From the NCBI GenBank assembly GCA_965237675.1, contig OZ250150.1, positions 320,001-384,000 on the forward strand: a stretch of DNA of 64,000 nt, in the 5' to 3' direction. Of this stretch, positions 1-9,209 are shown piece by piece. Each line of letters opens with the position of its first letter. The first letter of the stretch is position 1. The position numbers and the translations under genes are program-made. The notes beneath the pieces are model-generated. The model was not told the DNA's origin, ran no database searches, and worked only from the letters and a program-made list of their open reading frames with translations. This DNA is from Candidatus Latescibacterota bacterium (GTDB taxonomy: Bacteria; Latescibacterota; UBA2968; GCA-2709665).

Positions 1-1
1 G

Positions 2-2557
2 GGCATCCTTATTCGCTTCATCGGCGTATAAGGCGGTAATGGCGCCGTGGGGCATGGAACCGATGACATCGTTGAAATTGTAACTCCAGTAGTCGAGTGT
101 CGCTTCAAAGCCCGTCTCCGTGACCAGGGCGAGGCCCGTATTGTAGGTGAATGCCCGTTCGGGATCGAGTTCCTTGCTCCCGAACCGGTCCACCGTCTGG
201 TAGGCGCCCGTCTCCTCGATCCACTCGAGCGTCGAAAGCGGGCTTTCATTCACGTCGTCCAGGGCTGGCGTGCGAAACGTCGTCTGTACCGAGCCGCGCA
301 GGAACAAGGATTGGGCCGGGGATTCCACCAGCTGATAGCGCCATCCGAACTTGGGATCGAAACTGCTCGCCACGTCGTGGAACTCGTAGTTGGCGGCGAG
401 TTGCATATCAAAACGCTCTTCCAGGCTAAGGGGAATCTCGGCAAAGAAGCGATGCACCGTCTGAGATTCATCATAAGGCCGATTCACATTGGTGAACGCA
501 TAGGGACCGAACCTGTCCTCCGCTGAGCAGTTCCTATCCCCGACAACCGGACAGGGGTTGATGGTCACGTCACCGGCGTCGTTGGGATCGCCGCTGGCAT
601 TGAACAGACGGAACTGGTAGCCGGCGGCGTAACTCGCGTCTAACCAGACATTTTCGGTCCATGTTCCCGTCAGCTTCGCCTCGGCGACCAGCAGGTCGGC
701 TGTGCTTTGCAGATCGACTTCCTGGTTGAGCCATTGCCGCAATTCGGAGCTGTTGGCAAGGCCGGCGCGGTAGTCGGGATTCGCCTGGGTTGTATACTGC
801 GAGCCATGTTGATCCGCGAACTCGATGGCGTTGCCGAAGGGATTGTAGTACTGACAGTCGCCCTGACCCGCCACCTGGCCGCTGAGCGGGCCCAGCCGCA
901 TCCCGGCAAGGGACGTGCGATCCGCCGCCGCGCCAACGCCGCAACGCGGCCCACCGAAGCCCCGGAATCCGAGGAAGAGTCGCTCGATGTACACACCCGG
1001 CAGGTTGTAGTTGCCCTCGGTGCGTGAATAGGTCAGGCCCACGTCGAAATGCGCGTCCCGCCCGCCGAATGCCTCGAAGTCGCGATTCGCGGAAGCCGCC
1101 AGGCGCAACGTGCGGGAGTCGCGGTCCAGTGTGCGCCCGGGGCCCGAGTTTCCGAACGGACGACCGTTGAAATACCAGTTCTCGCCGCCCCGGCACGCCT
1201 CGTAGTATGGGTCAGACGGCTCGGCGCCGTAGTCCTCGCAGAATGCCCCCCGGCCCGGGTGGTCGGGTGCCACCTCCATGATACTCGTGTCCGTTAAGGG
1301 GAACGGGGGATACGAAGGCGTCGTGTACCAATCGGCAATCCTTGCCAGGGCCCACAGGCCCTCGAAGTGATACTCCGTGCCGTTGTCCAGAGTACCGTTG
1401 ATCTCGGCGAAAGCACGGGTATGGCTCATGTCCTCGATCAGATTCTCATACTGCTGATAGCGGAAGCGGCATGTCCAGGACTCCTTGAAGCCCCCGAATT
1501 CCTCGCAACGGGGGGCATGGATCGCGGCGGTCCACGGGGTGGGGGCCCCGATGGCGAACGTACCGGGATTCCCCAGGCTCGACCATCCCAGGCGCTGCCC
1601 TCCGCCGTGCCACGGCTGCAGCAGGTAGTCCCTTTCGGAGGCCGGCAACTTTTGCCGTCCCCGCCATTCCGCGGAAACAACCGCGTGGGCCTCGCCGAGT
1701 TTGCCGCCCCATATCGCGCCGGCGTTGGTATCGCCGGCGCCGGGGAAATATTCGTGCGCGGCGGAGACTTCGAAGCCCTCGAAGTCGTCGCGCGTAAGGA
1801 AATTGGCCACGCCGGCCACCGCATCCGACCCGTAAATGGCAGAGGCCCCCTCCTTGAGCACCTCGACCCGGTCAACGGCGATGGAGGGGATCACATTGAC
1901 GTCGACAAAGCGACCGCCGATCAGGCGCGCGGGGACGTAGGTCTGGCGGCGGCTGTTGATCAGCACCAGGGTGCGCGAAGCTCCCAGGCCCCGCAGGTTG
2001 ACGTTCGCGATGCTCTCCGTGAGGGTGGCGGCCTGACCGGCGTTGTACCAACTGCTCCGCTCGCCGATCACGCCGTGGCTCGCGCCCAGATTTTTGAAAA
2101 AATCTACGGCCTGCGGAGAGCCCTGCTCGGCCATTTTTTCCCGCCCGACCACGGCAACCGCGTAGGTCAGGTTGATGGGGGATTCCTTGAAGGCCGTGCC
2201 GGTCACCACCAGTTCGTCCATGTAATGCATGGAAAGTTCCATCTGCAACGTGACGGTCAGCGTCGCTCCGGGGGACACGGTGATCGCGCGCGTCACTGGC
2301 GGGTAGCCGATCAGGTCTGCCCTCAGTTCGTGGGCGCCTGGCGGCACGTTTTGGATGGTAAAACGGCCCTGCGCATCCGACACGCCGACCAGGTTCAGGA
2401 TTGCGATGGAAACATCCACACCTTCCAAAGCGTCCCCGCTTTCCGCGTCGACCACGGTTCCTGTGACGGTCCCGGTCGATTGCGCCCCAGCCCCGGGCAC
2501 ATGGAAAAGCATGGCCACACATACCAGAAACGGAACATATCTGCCGTGGAATTTCAT
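2..2557 (-). CDS. TonB-dependent receptor (3' end runs off the window)
   Basis: Not in the ORF track because there is no stop in the window. The manually translated N-terminus from ATG 2557 (GGAGG RBS) reads MKFHGRYVPFLVCVAMLFHVPGAGAQSTGTVTGTVVDAESGDALEGVDV... This gives a signal peptide, a carboxypeptidase-regulatory-like domain, the TonB-box-like DELVVTGT and the plug motif VNLRGLGASRTLVLIN. Confidence 0.9.
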   Translation of the reverse strand, partial: MKFHGRYVPFLVCVAMLFHVPGAGAQSTGTVTGTVVDAESGDALEGVDVSIAILNLVGVSDAQGRFTIQNVPPGAHELRADLIGYPPVTRAITVSPGATLTVTLQMELSMHYMDELVVTGTAFKESPINLTYAVAVVGREKMAEQGSPQAVDFFKNLGASHGVIGERSSWYNAGQAATLTESIANVNLRGLGASRTLVLINSRRQTYVPARLIGGRFVDVNVIPSIAVDRVEVLKEGASAIYGSDAVAGVANFLTRDDFEGFEVSAAHEYFPGAGDTNAGAIWGGKLGEAHAVVSAEWRGRQKLPASERDYLLQPWHGGGQRLGWSSLGNPGTFAIGAPTPWTAAIHAPRCEEFGGFKESWTCRFRYQQYENLIEDMSHTRAFAEINGTLDNGTEYHFEGLWALARIADWYTTPSYPPFPLTDTSIMEVAPDHPGRGAFCEDYGAEPSDPYYEACRGGENWYFNGRPFGNSGPGRTLDRDSRTLRLAASANRDFEAFGGRDAHFDVGLTYSRTEGNYNLPGVYIERLFLGFRGFGGPRCGVGAAADRTSLAGMRLGPLSGQVAGQGDCQYYNPFGNAIEFADQHGSQYTTQANPDYRAGLANSSELRQWLNQEVDLQSTADLLVAEAKLTGTWTENVWLDASYAAGYQFRLFNASGDPNDAGDVTINPCPVVGDRNCSAEDRFGPYAFTNVNRPYDESQTVHRFFAEIPLSLEERFDMQLAANYEFHDVASSFDPKFGWRYQLVESPAQSLFLRGSVQTTFRTPALDDVNESPLSTLEWIEETGAYQTVDRFGSKELDPERAFTYNTGLALVTETGFEATLDYWSYNFNDVIGSMPHGAITALYADEANKDA

Positions 2558-2653
2558 AGGACGTCCTCCACTTGTCGATTCAGGCGTACATAAATATCGG
2601 CCTGTTTTCATGCCGCCGGGACGGCATTCACATGCGCCCACATGAATTTCTCC

Positions 2654-4207
2654 TCAACGCGTTTCGTCCCGGAGTCCTTTCCAAAGGCAGACTGCCATTA
2701 CCACGAGGACAATGGCGAAGGGCAAGCCGGTTGCCAGGGAGGCGGCCTGCAATGCCTCCAATCCTCCGCCAAGCAGGAGTGCAATCGCCACCAGCCCCTC
2801 GATTATACACCAGAAAACGCGTTGTGCCACTGGCGCGTCAACCCGGCCGCCGGCCGCAATGGTATCGATAATGAGCGACCCGGAGTCCGACGACGTAACG
2901 AAAAAAACGATGGTCAGAAGCATTGCGACGGACGAAAGCAGCGTCGACATCGGCAATTTGTCGAGCATTTTAAACAGTGCAATCTCAAGCTTCCATGCCT
3001 CAACATTCCCGGTGACACCGTCATAGCCCTCTACGATGTGCTGATGGAACGCGGTGCCGCCAAAGACGCCGAACCACAACAGACACAGCAGTGTGGGCAA
3101 CAGCAACACGAAGACAACGAATTCGCGAACCGTGCGCCCCTTTGAAACGCGGGCGATAAATGTTCCCACGAACGGCGCCCATGCAAACCACCACGCAAAA
3201 TAGAACGTGGTCCAGTTCTGCACAAAACCGGTATCCTCGCGCCCGATCCAGTTGCTGAGAGGTACGATTTTTGACAGGTACCCGCCAACCCCGGCAACAA
3301 TACTGCGGAAAGCGTAGCTGGTAGGACCGAGCAGAAACACGGCCAGCAGCAACAGAAGCGCGAGTATGACGTTGAACTGGCTCAGACGCTTGATACCCAC
3401 ATCGATACCGGTTAACACCGATGTCAGCGCGATGGACGTGATGACCACGATCAAAACCACCATGGTCGTGTTGTTCGCGGGAATATCGAACAGATAGTTG
3501 AACCCGGTCGTCACCTGCTGAACCCCCAGGCCGAGGGAGGTGGCAAGCCCGAACAACCCCGCAAATATGGCAAAGGTGTCGATGACGTGTCCCGGCCAGC
3601 CCCAGACGCGGTCGCCCAGAAGGGGATGGAACGCCGAGCGGATCGTGAGCGGCAACCCGCGGTTGTACGCGAAGTAGCCGAGAGCGAGTCCCACGACGCC
3701 GTAGATCGCCCAGCCGTGCAGCCCCCAGTGAAACGCCGTCGCCGCGATACCGGTGATGGCGGCCTCGTCCGTTCCCGGAGCGATGCCAAGCGGCGGCTTC
3801 CGGAAGTAGTAGACCGGCTCGGCCACCCCGAAAAACAGCAGACCGATACCCACGCCGGCCGCGAAGAGCATGGCCAGCCAGGTTGACTTGGAATATTCGG
3901 GTTTCGCGTCTTCACCGCCAAGGCGCACCCTGCCGAGAGGCGATATGGCGAAATATAGGCAGAACAGCACGATGAGATTGGCGGCAATGATGAAAAACCA
4001 GTCGAGATTTGTGGTCAGCCATTCACGGGTTGCTTTGAAAACTTCCGTCGCGGCTTCCCTGAAGACAAGCGACCCCAGGACAAAGGTGACAATGGTGATA
4101 CTGGAAATCACAAACACGGGCGTCAGATAGATATCCAGTCCGAACAGCTTCCGGTATTCCCGGCCATCCAGCGATTGCGGTTGTATTCCTTCTGCAGACA
4201 CTCGCAA
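2654..4207 (-). CDS. BCCT family (betaine/choline/carnitine) transporter
   Basis: Motifs WLAMLFAAGVGIGLLFFGVAEP, FHWGLHGWAIY, WTTFYFAWWFAWAPFVGTFIARVSKGRTVREF and FFVTSSDSGS. The true start is possibly GTG at 4201. Confidence 0.95.
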   Translation of the reverse strand: MRVSAEGIQPQSLDGREYRKLFGLDIYLTPVFVISSITIVTFVLGSLVFREAATEVFKATREWLTTNLDWFFIIAANLIVLFCLYFAISPLGRVRLGGEDAKPEYSKSTWLAMLFAAGVGIGLLFFGVAEPVYYFRKPPLGIAPGTDEAAITGIAATAFHWGLHGWAIYGVVGLALGYFAYNRGLPLTIRSAFHPLLGDRVWGWPGHVIDTFAIFAGLFGLATSLGLGVQQVTTGFNYLFDIPANNTTMVVLIVVITSIALTSVLTGIDVGIKRLSQFNVILALLLLLAVFLLGPTSYAFRSIVAGVGGYLSKIVPLSNWIGREDTGFVQNWTTFYFAWWFAWAPFVGTFIARVSKGRTVREFVVFVLLLPTLLCLLWFGVFGGTAFHQHIVEGYDGVTGNVEAWKLEIALFKMLDKLPMSTLLSSVAMLLTIVFFVTSSDSGSLIIDTIAAGGRVDAPVAQRVFWCIIEGLVAIALLLGGGLEALQAASLATGLPFAIVLVVMAVCLWKGLRDETR

Positions 4208-4493
4208 ATTTTCCTCTCATCAAAGCCAGGTTGGATAGGCGGCCGCGAAGCGCAGGACCTTAAGATTGCACCCCGTCGCCCCACGGACCGTTATATCGTT
4301 AAATATAGCATGTTATTTCAATTTGACAATCTTTCGACACGTGGCTCCGAGTAAGATCCAAGGGTTCCGGGAGCAAGGCGCGCGTGGGCGACCGCGCTTG
4401 CCTGGTTTCCAGGTGACCTGAAAAGGGCCGGTATGGCCGAATCGCGTTGTGCGTAAGGCAGTCTGAAGTGTGCTGATTGAAAATCGTTGAATT

Positions 4494-5810
4494 TCAGGTC
4501 GCTCGGGTCTCACCGGCGCGGGTCAGCGCCTGTTTCATCGCAATGGGGCCGATCATCTGATTCACGGCGATGACGGCGACGATCACGGTTACAAAGGCGT
4601 CTCCCCAGCCCGGAAAGCGCCGGGTGACCTCCAGGGCCAGGCCCAGGCTGACGCCGGCCTGGGTGAGGTAGGCCATACCCGCAATACGGTTGAAGCGCGC
4701 CGGGTCGCCGCCGAGGCGCCCGCCGGTGTACGCGCCCAGGTAAATGGCGGCGGCCCTGACGCCGACGAGCAGGATCGCAATGGTCCAGGTCTGCATCAGG
4801 GCGTCCAGGTTCAGCCCCGCTCCCGCCAGCGTGAAAAAGAGTACGTACACGGGAAGGCTGACGGACTCGATCGCTTCAATAAAGTGCGAACCCTGGCGGG
4901 AGACGTTCTGCACGGTGAAGCCCGCGGTAACGCAGATCAGCAACGGTTCCAGATGGATGGTGAGATGATAAGCCTCTTTGACGTATGCGGCAAATCCGTG
5001 GGAGATGCTGGTCACCATAAGGGCCGTGCCCAGCAGGAGAAGCGGAAGGTTTGCCCGCACGCGGTCGATGTAATAACCCAGCGCCAGACCCACGATCAGA
5101 CCCGTTCCGATACCCAGGAGGATTTCCATGCTCAGACCGGCGATAAACCCGAGGTCCAGGGTGGCGGCCGGTGACATCATGACCTCGCAGAAGGAGATCG
5201 CTGCTGCAAAAAGCACGATGACGAATACATCCATTGCGACCGTGACGCCGAGCGCGGTTTCCGTGAAGGGACCCAGCGCCCGGGTTTCGTTGATAATGGC
5301 GATAGCGCTGGAGGGCGAACGCGCTACGGCAAGGACCCCGAAGAGCATGCCCACCGCCAGCACCTGGAGACTCGAAAAGGCGGCTGTGAATGGCAGCAGC
5401 GATCGCGTAAACCACACAAAGATGGTGACAATGGAAAAGACGATGGCTGTGAGCGAAAGAATCGTAAGGAGGATGACCTTCATCCGGTCCTTCAGATCGA
5501 CAACTCGCAGTTCTCCGCCCGCGGCCAGGGCGATGAATGTAACCGCCAGTTCGTTCAGAAAACCGAGTTGGCCCACGGCTTCAACCGTCAGGAAGCCGAG
5601 CATGTAGGGCCCCGTGAGCATGCCGACGCACAGGTAACCCGTTATTCGCGGCAGGCGCAGTTTTGAAAATACATGGCCCGCCACGTGGCCCGAGAGGAAG
5701 AGCAGGCCCACGACCAGGGTTGTGTAAGCACCCGGGGCGCTGCCCGGAGGTATGGCGCCGACCCAGGCCATCAGAAGGCTCAGGGCGATGAAGATGAGGA
5801 TAAGCCTCAT
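4494..5810 (-). CDS. cation:proton antiporter (CPA2-like), second subunit
   Basis: Real start MRLILIFIALS at 5810 has an ATGA overlap with the upstream stop. Motifs LPRITGYLCVGMLTGP, FIALAAGGEL, LTQAGVSLGL; about 13 hydrophobic segments. Confidence 0.88.
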   Translation of the reverse strand: MRLILIFIALSLLMAWVGAIPPGSAPGAYTTLVVGLLFLSGHVAGHVFSKLRLPRITGYLCVGMLTGPYMLGFLTVEAVGQLGFLNELAVTFIALAAGGELRVVDLKDRMKVILLTILSLTAIVFSIVTIFVWFTRSLLPFTAAFSSLQVLAVGMLFGVLAVARSPSSAIAIINETRALGPFTETALGVTVAMDVFVIVLFAAAISFCEVMMSPAATLDLGFIAGLSMEILLGIGTGLIVGLALGYYIDRVRANLPLLLLGTALMVTSISHGFAAYVKEAYHLTIHLEPLLICVTAGFTVQNVSRQGSHFIEAIESVSLPVYVLFFTLAGAGLNLDALMQTWTIAILLVGVRAAAIYLGAYTGGRLGGDPARFNRIAGMAYLTQAGVSLGLALEVTRRFPGWGDAFVTVIVAVIAVNQMIGPIAMKQALTRAGETRAT

Positions 5811-6994
5811 GGGGTTTTTTTCAGCAGGCGTCTTAACGAGGCCGGAGCGATGAGTTCGCTGATAAGGATGCCCAGCAGGACGATGGATATGACGACATCC
5901 GTAAGCTCGGAGCGGTGGATCTGGTGCAGGTTGACCACGATGGCCACGGCCATGCCGCCATGGGATAGCAGGCCGAGGCCCAGTCCGTTCAGGGCTCGGG
6001 ACTCGGGCAGGAAGAACTGAACGGAAAGGTAGGCGCCAAGGGTCTTGCCAAGGGTACGGGCGAGGATGTAGATCGGCACCAGAACCAGAAGCCAGGCCGA
6101 GTCGATGCGCCAGCCGGCGCCTACCAGGATGAGAAAGAGGATATAGATGGAGTGCTCGCCCCTCATGAGGACATTGCGAATGCCGGCTCTCGCACGGCCC
6201 CTTGCCAGGTTGGCGACAACGGCGCCGGCGATGAGGTTGACGAGGAGGGGAGATAGGCTGAGATACAGTGCGAGTCCGCCGGAGAACGTAATGGCGCCCA
6301 TGACAACCAGGAGCATTTCTTCGTTCTTGAGACGGTAGGCGGTCAGCGCAACGATGAGCAGGCCAACGGTGAGGCCGAGCCCCACGGAGATGCCGATCCA
6401 GATGATGGTGGATGTGCCGGGATGTAAAACGGCCAGACAGGATATGAGACCGAAGGCGGTGAGGCCCACCAGATCGTCGATATTCGAGACGTTTTTGAGA
6501 AGCCGCATCAGGGGCCGCACGGAAGACCGCGTGTTTCGGGCAAATAGCGTCAGACCGCTGGATGCCGTGCCCGATGCCGCGGCGGCCAAGGTGACGGCGC
6601 CGATCACCAACAGGTCCGTCTCGTGCGAGAAAAGGCGGTGGAACAGCAGGAAGAAGGGAACCGCAACGACGAAGATGGTTATCAGACTCTGGGCGAGCGC
6701 AATGCCGTAGACCCTTGGCGGAATATGAGTCAGCCGTCGAAGCTCCCACTGAACTCCGAAGAGCATGCCGATCCATGAGAGACCCATGCCCATAAATGGA
6801 TAGAGGCCGTCGAGCGTCGGTGCGTCGAGCAGGTCAAGCGCAGCGCCACCGAGGAGAAGGCCGACCAGGAGGTATTCAATGCCTGTTAGAAAGAGATTCC
6901 TGATGCCCAGTGGCAGGCGGATATGGACGAAGCTGAGCCGGGAACCGACAAAGGCGATAACGACGATCAGAATGGCGGCGGAGACCAGCTTCAT
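5807..6994 (-). CDS. cation:proton antiporter (CPA2-like), first subunit
   Basis: 395 aa, highly hydrophobic. Motifs YLLVGLLLG, ARTLGKTLGAY, GLGLLSHGGMAVAI, ISELIAP. ATGA-coupled on both sides. Confidence 0.8.
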   Translation of the reverse strand: MKLVSAAILIVVIAFVGSRLSFVHIRLPLGIRNLFLTGIEYLLVGLLLGGAALDLLDAPTLDGLYPFMGMGLSWIGMLFGVQWELRRLTHIPPRVYGIALAQSLITIFVVAVPFFLLFHRLFSHETDLLVIGAVTLAAAASGTASSGLTLFARNTRSSVRPLMRLLKNVSNIDDLVGLTAFGLISCLAVLHPGTSTIIWIGISVGLGLTVGLLIVALTAYRLKNEEMLLVVMGAITFSGGLALYLSLSPLLVNLIAGAVVANLARGRARAGIRNVLMRGEHSIYILFLILVGAGWRIDSAWLLVLVPIYILARTLGKTLGAYLSVQFFLPESRALNGLGLGLLSHGGMAVAIVVNLHQIHRSELTDVVISIVLLGILISELIAPASLRRLLKKTP

Positions 6995-7326
6995 GGAGTT
7001 TCTTCGCCGGCCGGGCCGAGGTAAAAATCAACGGGCAACAGAAAGAGTCTGCCGACGCCCGGTTGTGTGAAGTCGACACCCGTTTCTCTTAAGAGACGGA
7101 TGAGCGGATCCAGCGCGGAGCGATCCTTAGCGGATGCGATAATTGCGCTCGTACGGCCCGGTCCGGCCTGCAGCAACCCGGCGAAAATGGGCACGTCCTC
7201 GGCCAGGATGCGCTCCATAGCGGTTCCATCCAGAACCGTGGCACCCGTGATTTCCATTTCCACGAGACCGGAGAGGACCTCGTCAAGGAGGTCTTCGCGA
7301 TGGAGTAGGATGAGAAGCAGATACAT
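6991..7326 (-). CDS. small PII/GlnB-like fold protein
   Basis: 111 aa. The pattern MYLLLILLHREDLLDEVLSGLVEMEITGATVLDGTAM...PGVGRLFLLPVD matches PII-superfamily topology. Confidence 0.65.
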   Translation of the reverse strand: MYLLLILLHREDLLDEVLSGLVEMEITGATVLDGTAMERILAEDVPIFAGLLQAGPGRTSAIIASAKDRSALDPLIRLLRETGVDFTQPGVGRLFLLPVDFYLGPAGEETP

Positions 7327-7345
7327 TGCGATAGCCGGTACGCCA

Positions 7346-7415
7346 GGGAACGGGAATTCGGGATCCGGAAGGGAATCGGCATGCCCTTCCTTCCGGATCC
7401 CGAATTCCCGTTCCC
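7346..7415. repeat. perfect 27-bp inverted repeat (intergenic hairpin)
   Basis: gggaacgggaattcgggatccggaagg (7346-7372) pairs with ccttccggatcccgaattcccgttccc (7389-7415); 16-nt loop. Confidence 0.9.
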
Positions 7416-7420
7416 GGTCC

Positions 7421-7879
7421 CTAAAACGGCTCCTGTGTACGGATGAGCTGGATGATTTCTTCGGGAGAGGCGGCCTGGAGGACCTTTCGACGGATGTCCT
7501 CGTGGTCGAAAATGCGGGCGGTGCGACTCAGAACGCTCATGTATGCCGGCAGGGACGCCTCGGAAGAAAGAATAAGGAACACCAGATGTACGGGTTGTCC
7601 GTCCAGGCTCCGAAAGTCGATGCCGGCTCGCGAGATGCCGAGTGCCGCGACCACGCCCTCGATGTCGTCCGTCCGCGCGTGCGGTATCGCCACGTCCTGG
7701 TCCACACCGCTGGTCTTGATGGCCTCCTGCTCCAGAATGAGATTAAGAAGCACATCCGGGTCGGGCAGGTTGACCGACCGGTGGATCAGCGCAATCATCT
7801 CCCGGATGGCCCCGTCCCGATCCGGGCCGGACAGGTTGAGTTCGATTCGGTCTTTGGCCAGCGCATCGCAGAGTTTCAT
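7421..7879 (-). CDS. PTS IIA (fructose/mannitol/Ntr-type) domain protein
   Basis: Start MKLCDAL at 7879. Phospho-His motif VAIPHAR; also GIDFRSLDGQPVHLVFLI. Confidence 0.9.
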   Translation of the reverse strand: MKLCDALAKDRIELNLSGPDRDGAIREMIALIHRSVNLPDPDVLLNLILEQEAIKTSGVDQDVAIPHARTDDIEGVVAALGISRAGIDFRSLDGQPVHLVFLILSSEASLPAYMSVLSRTARIFDHEDIRRKVLQAASPEEIIQLIRTQEPF

Positions 7880-7895
7880 AGAGCCTGTCTCCGAT

Positions 7896-9191
7896 TTACT
7901 GGATTTGGACGGCTGTCTTGCGACCCGGCGGATCCAGGGCTGCAAAGGTAACGTCGTCTTCTCTGTAGAAGGTATGGTTTCGGAAGGCGGCCCGGGTGAG
8001 CGCGCGGGTAAGTGGTTTGCCATCGACCAAGACGGACCGGATGTCGGCATTTGTGAAGCGAAGCGTCAATTCAGGTACGCGTACGGGCAGATCGAGCGTA
8101 ACGGTGTTGTCTTCAACGGTGATGCCGGCCATTTCCCGCATGATGGCGTAGTTGGTGATTTCGCTGCATTTGCGCCATAGGGTGCGTTCTTTGGCCGGGT
8201 CGCGTTCTTTGAGGCGGCGCACAACGGTCTTGAAGGCGTTAAAGCCCCTGCGGTCGGCGTCGTGCAGCCCGTAAAAGCCCTGCCAGTGGCTGATGAGTAC
8301 GGCCGGATCTCCGGCATCGATGAGGGCCGGTAATCGGCCGCCCTGAAGGTCGGCAGTAATGTATTTATCGGGGTTGACTTCTCCGTACCCTGTCCAGGAC
8401 CCGGTCCAGTCGCCTGTGCCGGCGATGATTTCGCCCATCGCCGTGCCGGCGTCGCGGTCGGGGTACCATACGGGGGTTTCCACGGCGCCGTTGGACACGC
8501 GTTTAAACAGGTACGGCGTTGGGTTACCGGTGACACGGCGGCAGGCGGCTTCGGCGCATCTGGCGTAGAAGTCGAGCGGATTTCCGAATCCGCCGGGCGA
8601 CGTCACGCCTGCGGGCGTCAGACCGACGTTTTGGAGAATTTCACAGGCGAGCGCGATGTAGTCCGTAACCAGTTCCTCCCTGTCGGTCGGTAGCTGATCC
8701 CATCCCCACTGTTCCCAGAGGTTGGGGTCCACCGGCCGCAAGGTTTCGAGGTCTACCACAAATGTGTGGGTGATCATCTCGGGGGTGATGTCGTAGTTGG
8801 GCACGATGAGTTCACGGCACATAGCCAGCCAACTTTCCTGCTGGGTTTTGCCGAATAGCGGCAGGCCGTGGTCGATGCGTCCCAGCCCCGCGGGACAGGG
8901 TACGACGCTGAACTTCCCCTTGACGCCTTGTTCAAGGCAGTATTCGGCGAATTCCCGGGTGAAGGACTCAGGGTGGACGACGGGTACGTCCTCCCAGCGG
9001 CGGCGCTGGCCGTCGATGGGGTTCCTGTCCCTCATGAAGAAGTAGTTGAGGTTGACCAGTAGCGTGGAGTCATCGAAGATGATCGACAGGGGTACGCGGT
9101 CCAGGGCGTGGCGGGCAATTTCGACGCGCATCACGGGCTCCGGTGCAAAGGCAGGCCTCTGACTCCGTGAGATTCGTTGTACTGGGTCCAT
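7896..9191 (-). CDS. hypothetical protein, possible deacetylase/glycoside-hydrolase barrel
   Basis: 431-aa ORF with native-looking composition. Motifs IIFDD, GKFSVVP, EMITH, GVTSPGGFG, SHWQ. Confidence 0.7.
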   Translation of the reverse strand: MDPVQRISRSQRPAFAPEPVMRVEIARHALDRVPLSIIFDDSTLLVNLNYFFMRDRNPIDGQRRRWEDVPVVHPESFTREFAEYCLEQGVKGKFSVVPCPAGLGRIDHGLPLFGKTQQESWLAMCRELIVPNYDITPEMITHTFVVDLETLRPVDPNLWEQWGWDQLPTDREELVTDYIALACEILQNVGLTPAGVTSPGGFGNPLDFYARCAEAACRRVTGNPTPYLFKRVSNGAVETPVWYPDRDAGTAMGEIIAGTGDWTGSWTGYGEVNPDKYITADLQGGRLPALIDAGDPAVLISHWQGFYGLHDADRRGFNAFKTVVRRLKERDPAKERTLWRKCSEITNYAIMREMAGITVEDNTVTLDLPVRVPELTLRFTNADIRSVLVDGKPLTRALTRAAFRNHTFYREDDVTFAALDPPGRKTAVQIQ

Positions 9192-9209
9192 ACGGACTTG
9201 ATCGAAATT

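Noticed and set aside
5811-6776. N-terminal extension of the 760-aa ORF 4494..6776
   Set aside because: It overlaps the real 5807..6994 gene in another frame and has Arg/Pro-rich shadow composition. The real start is 5810.
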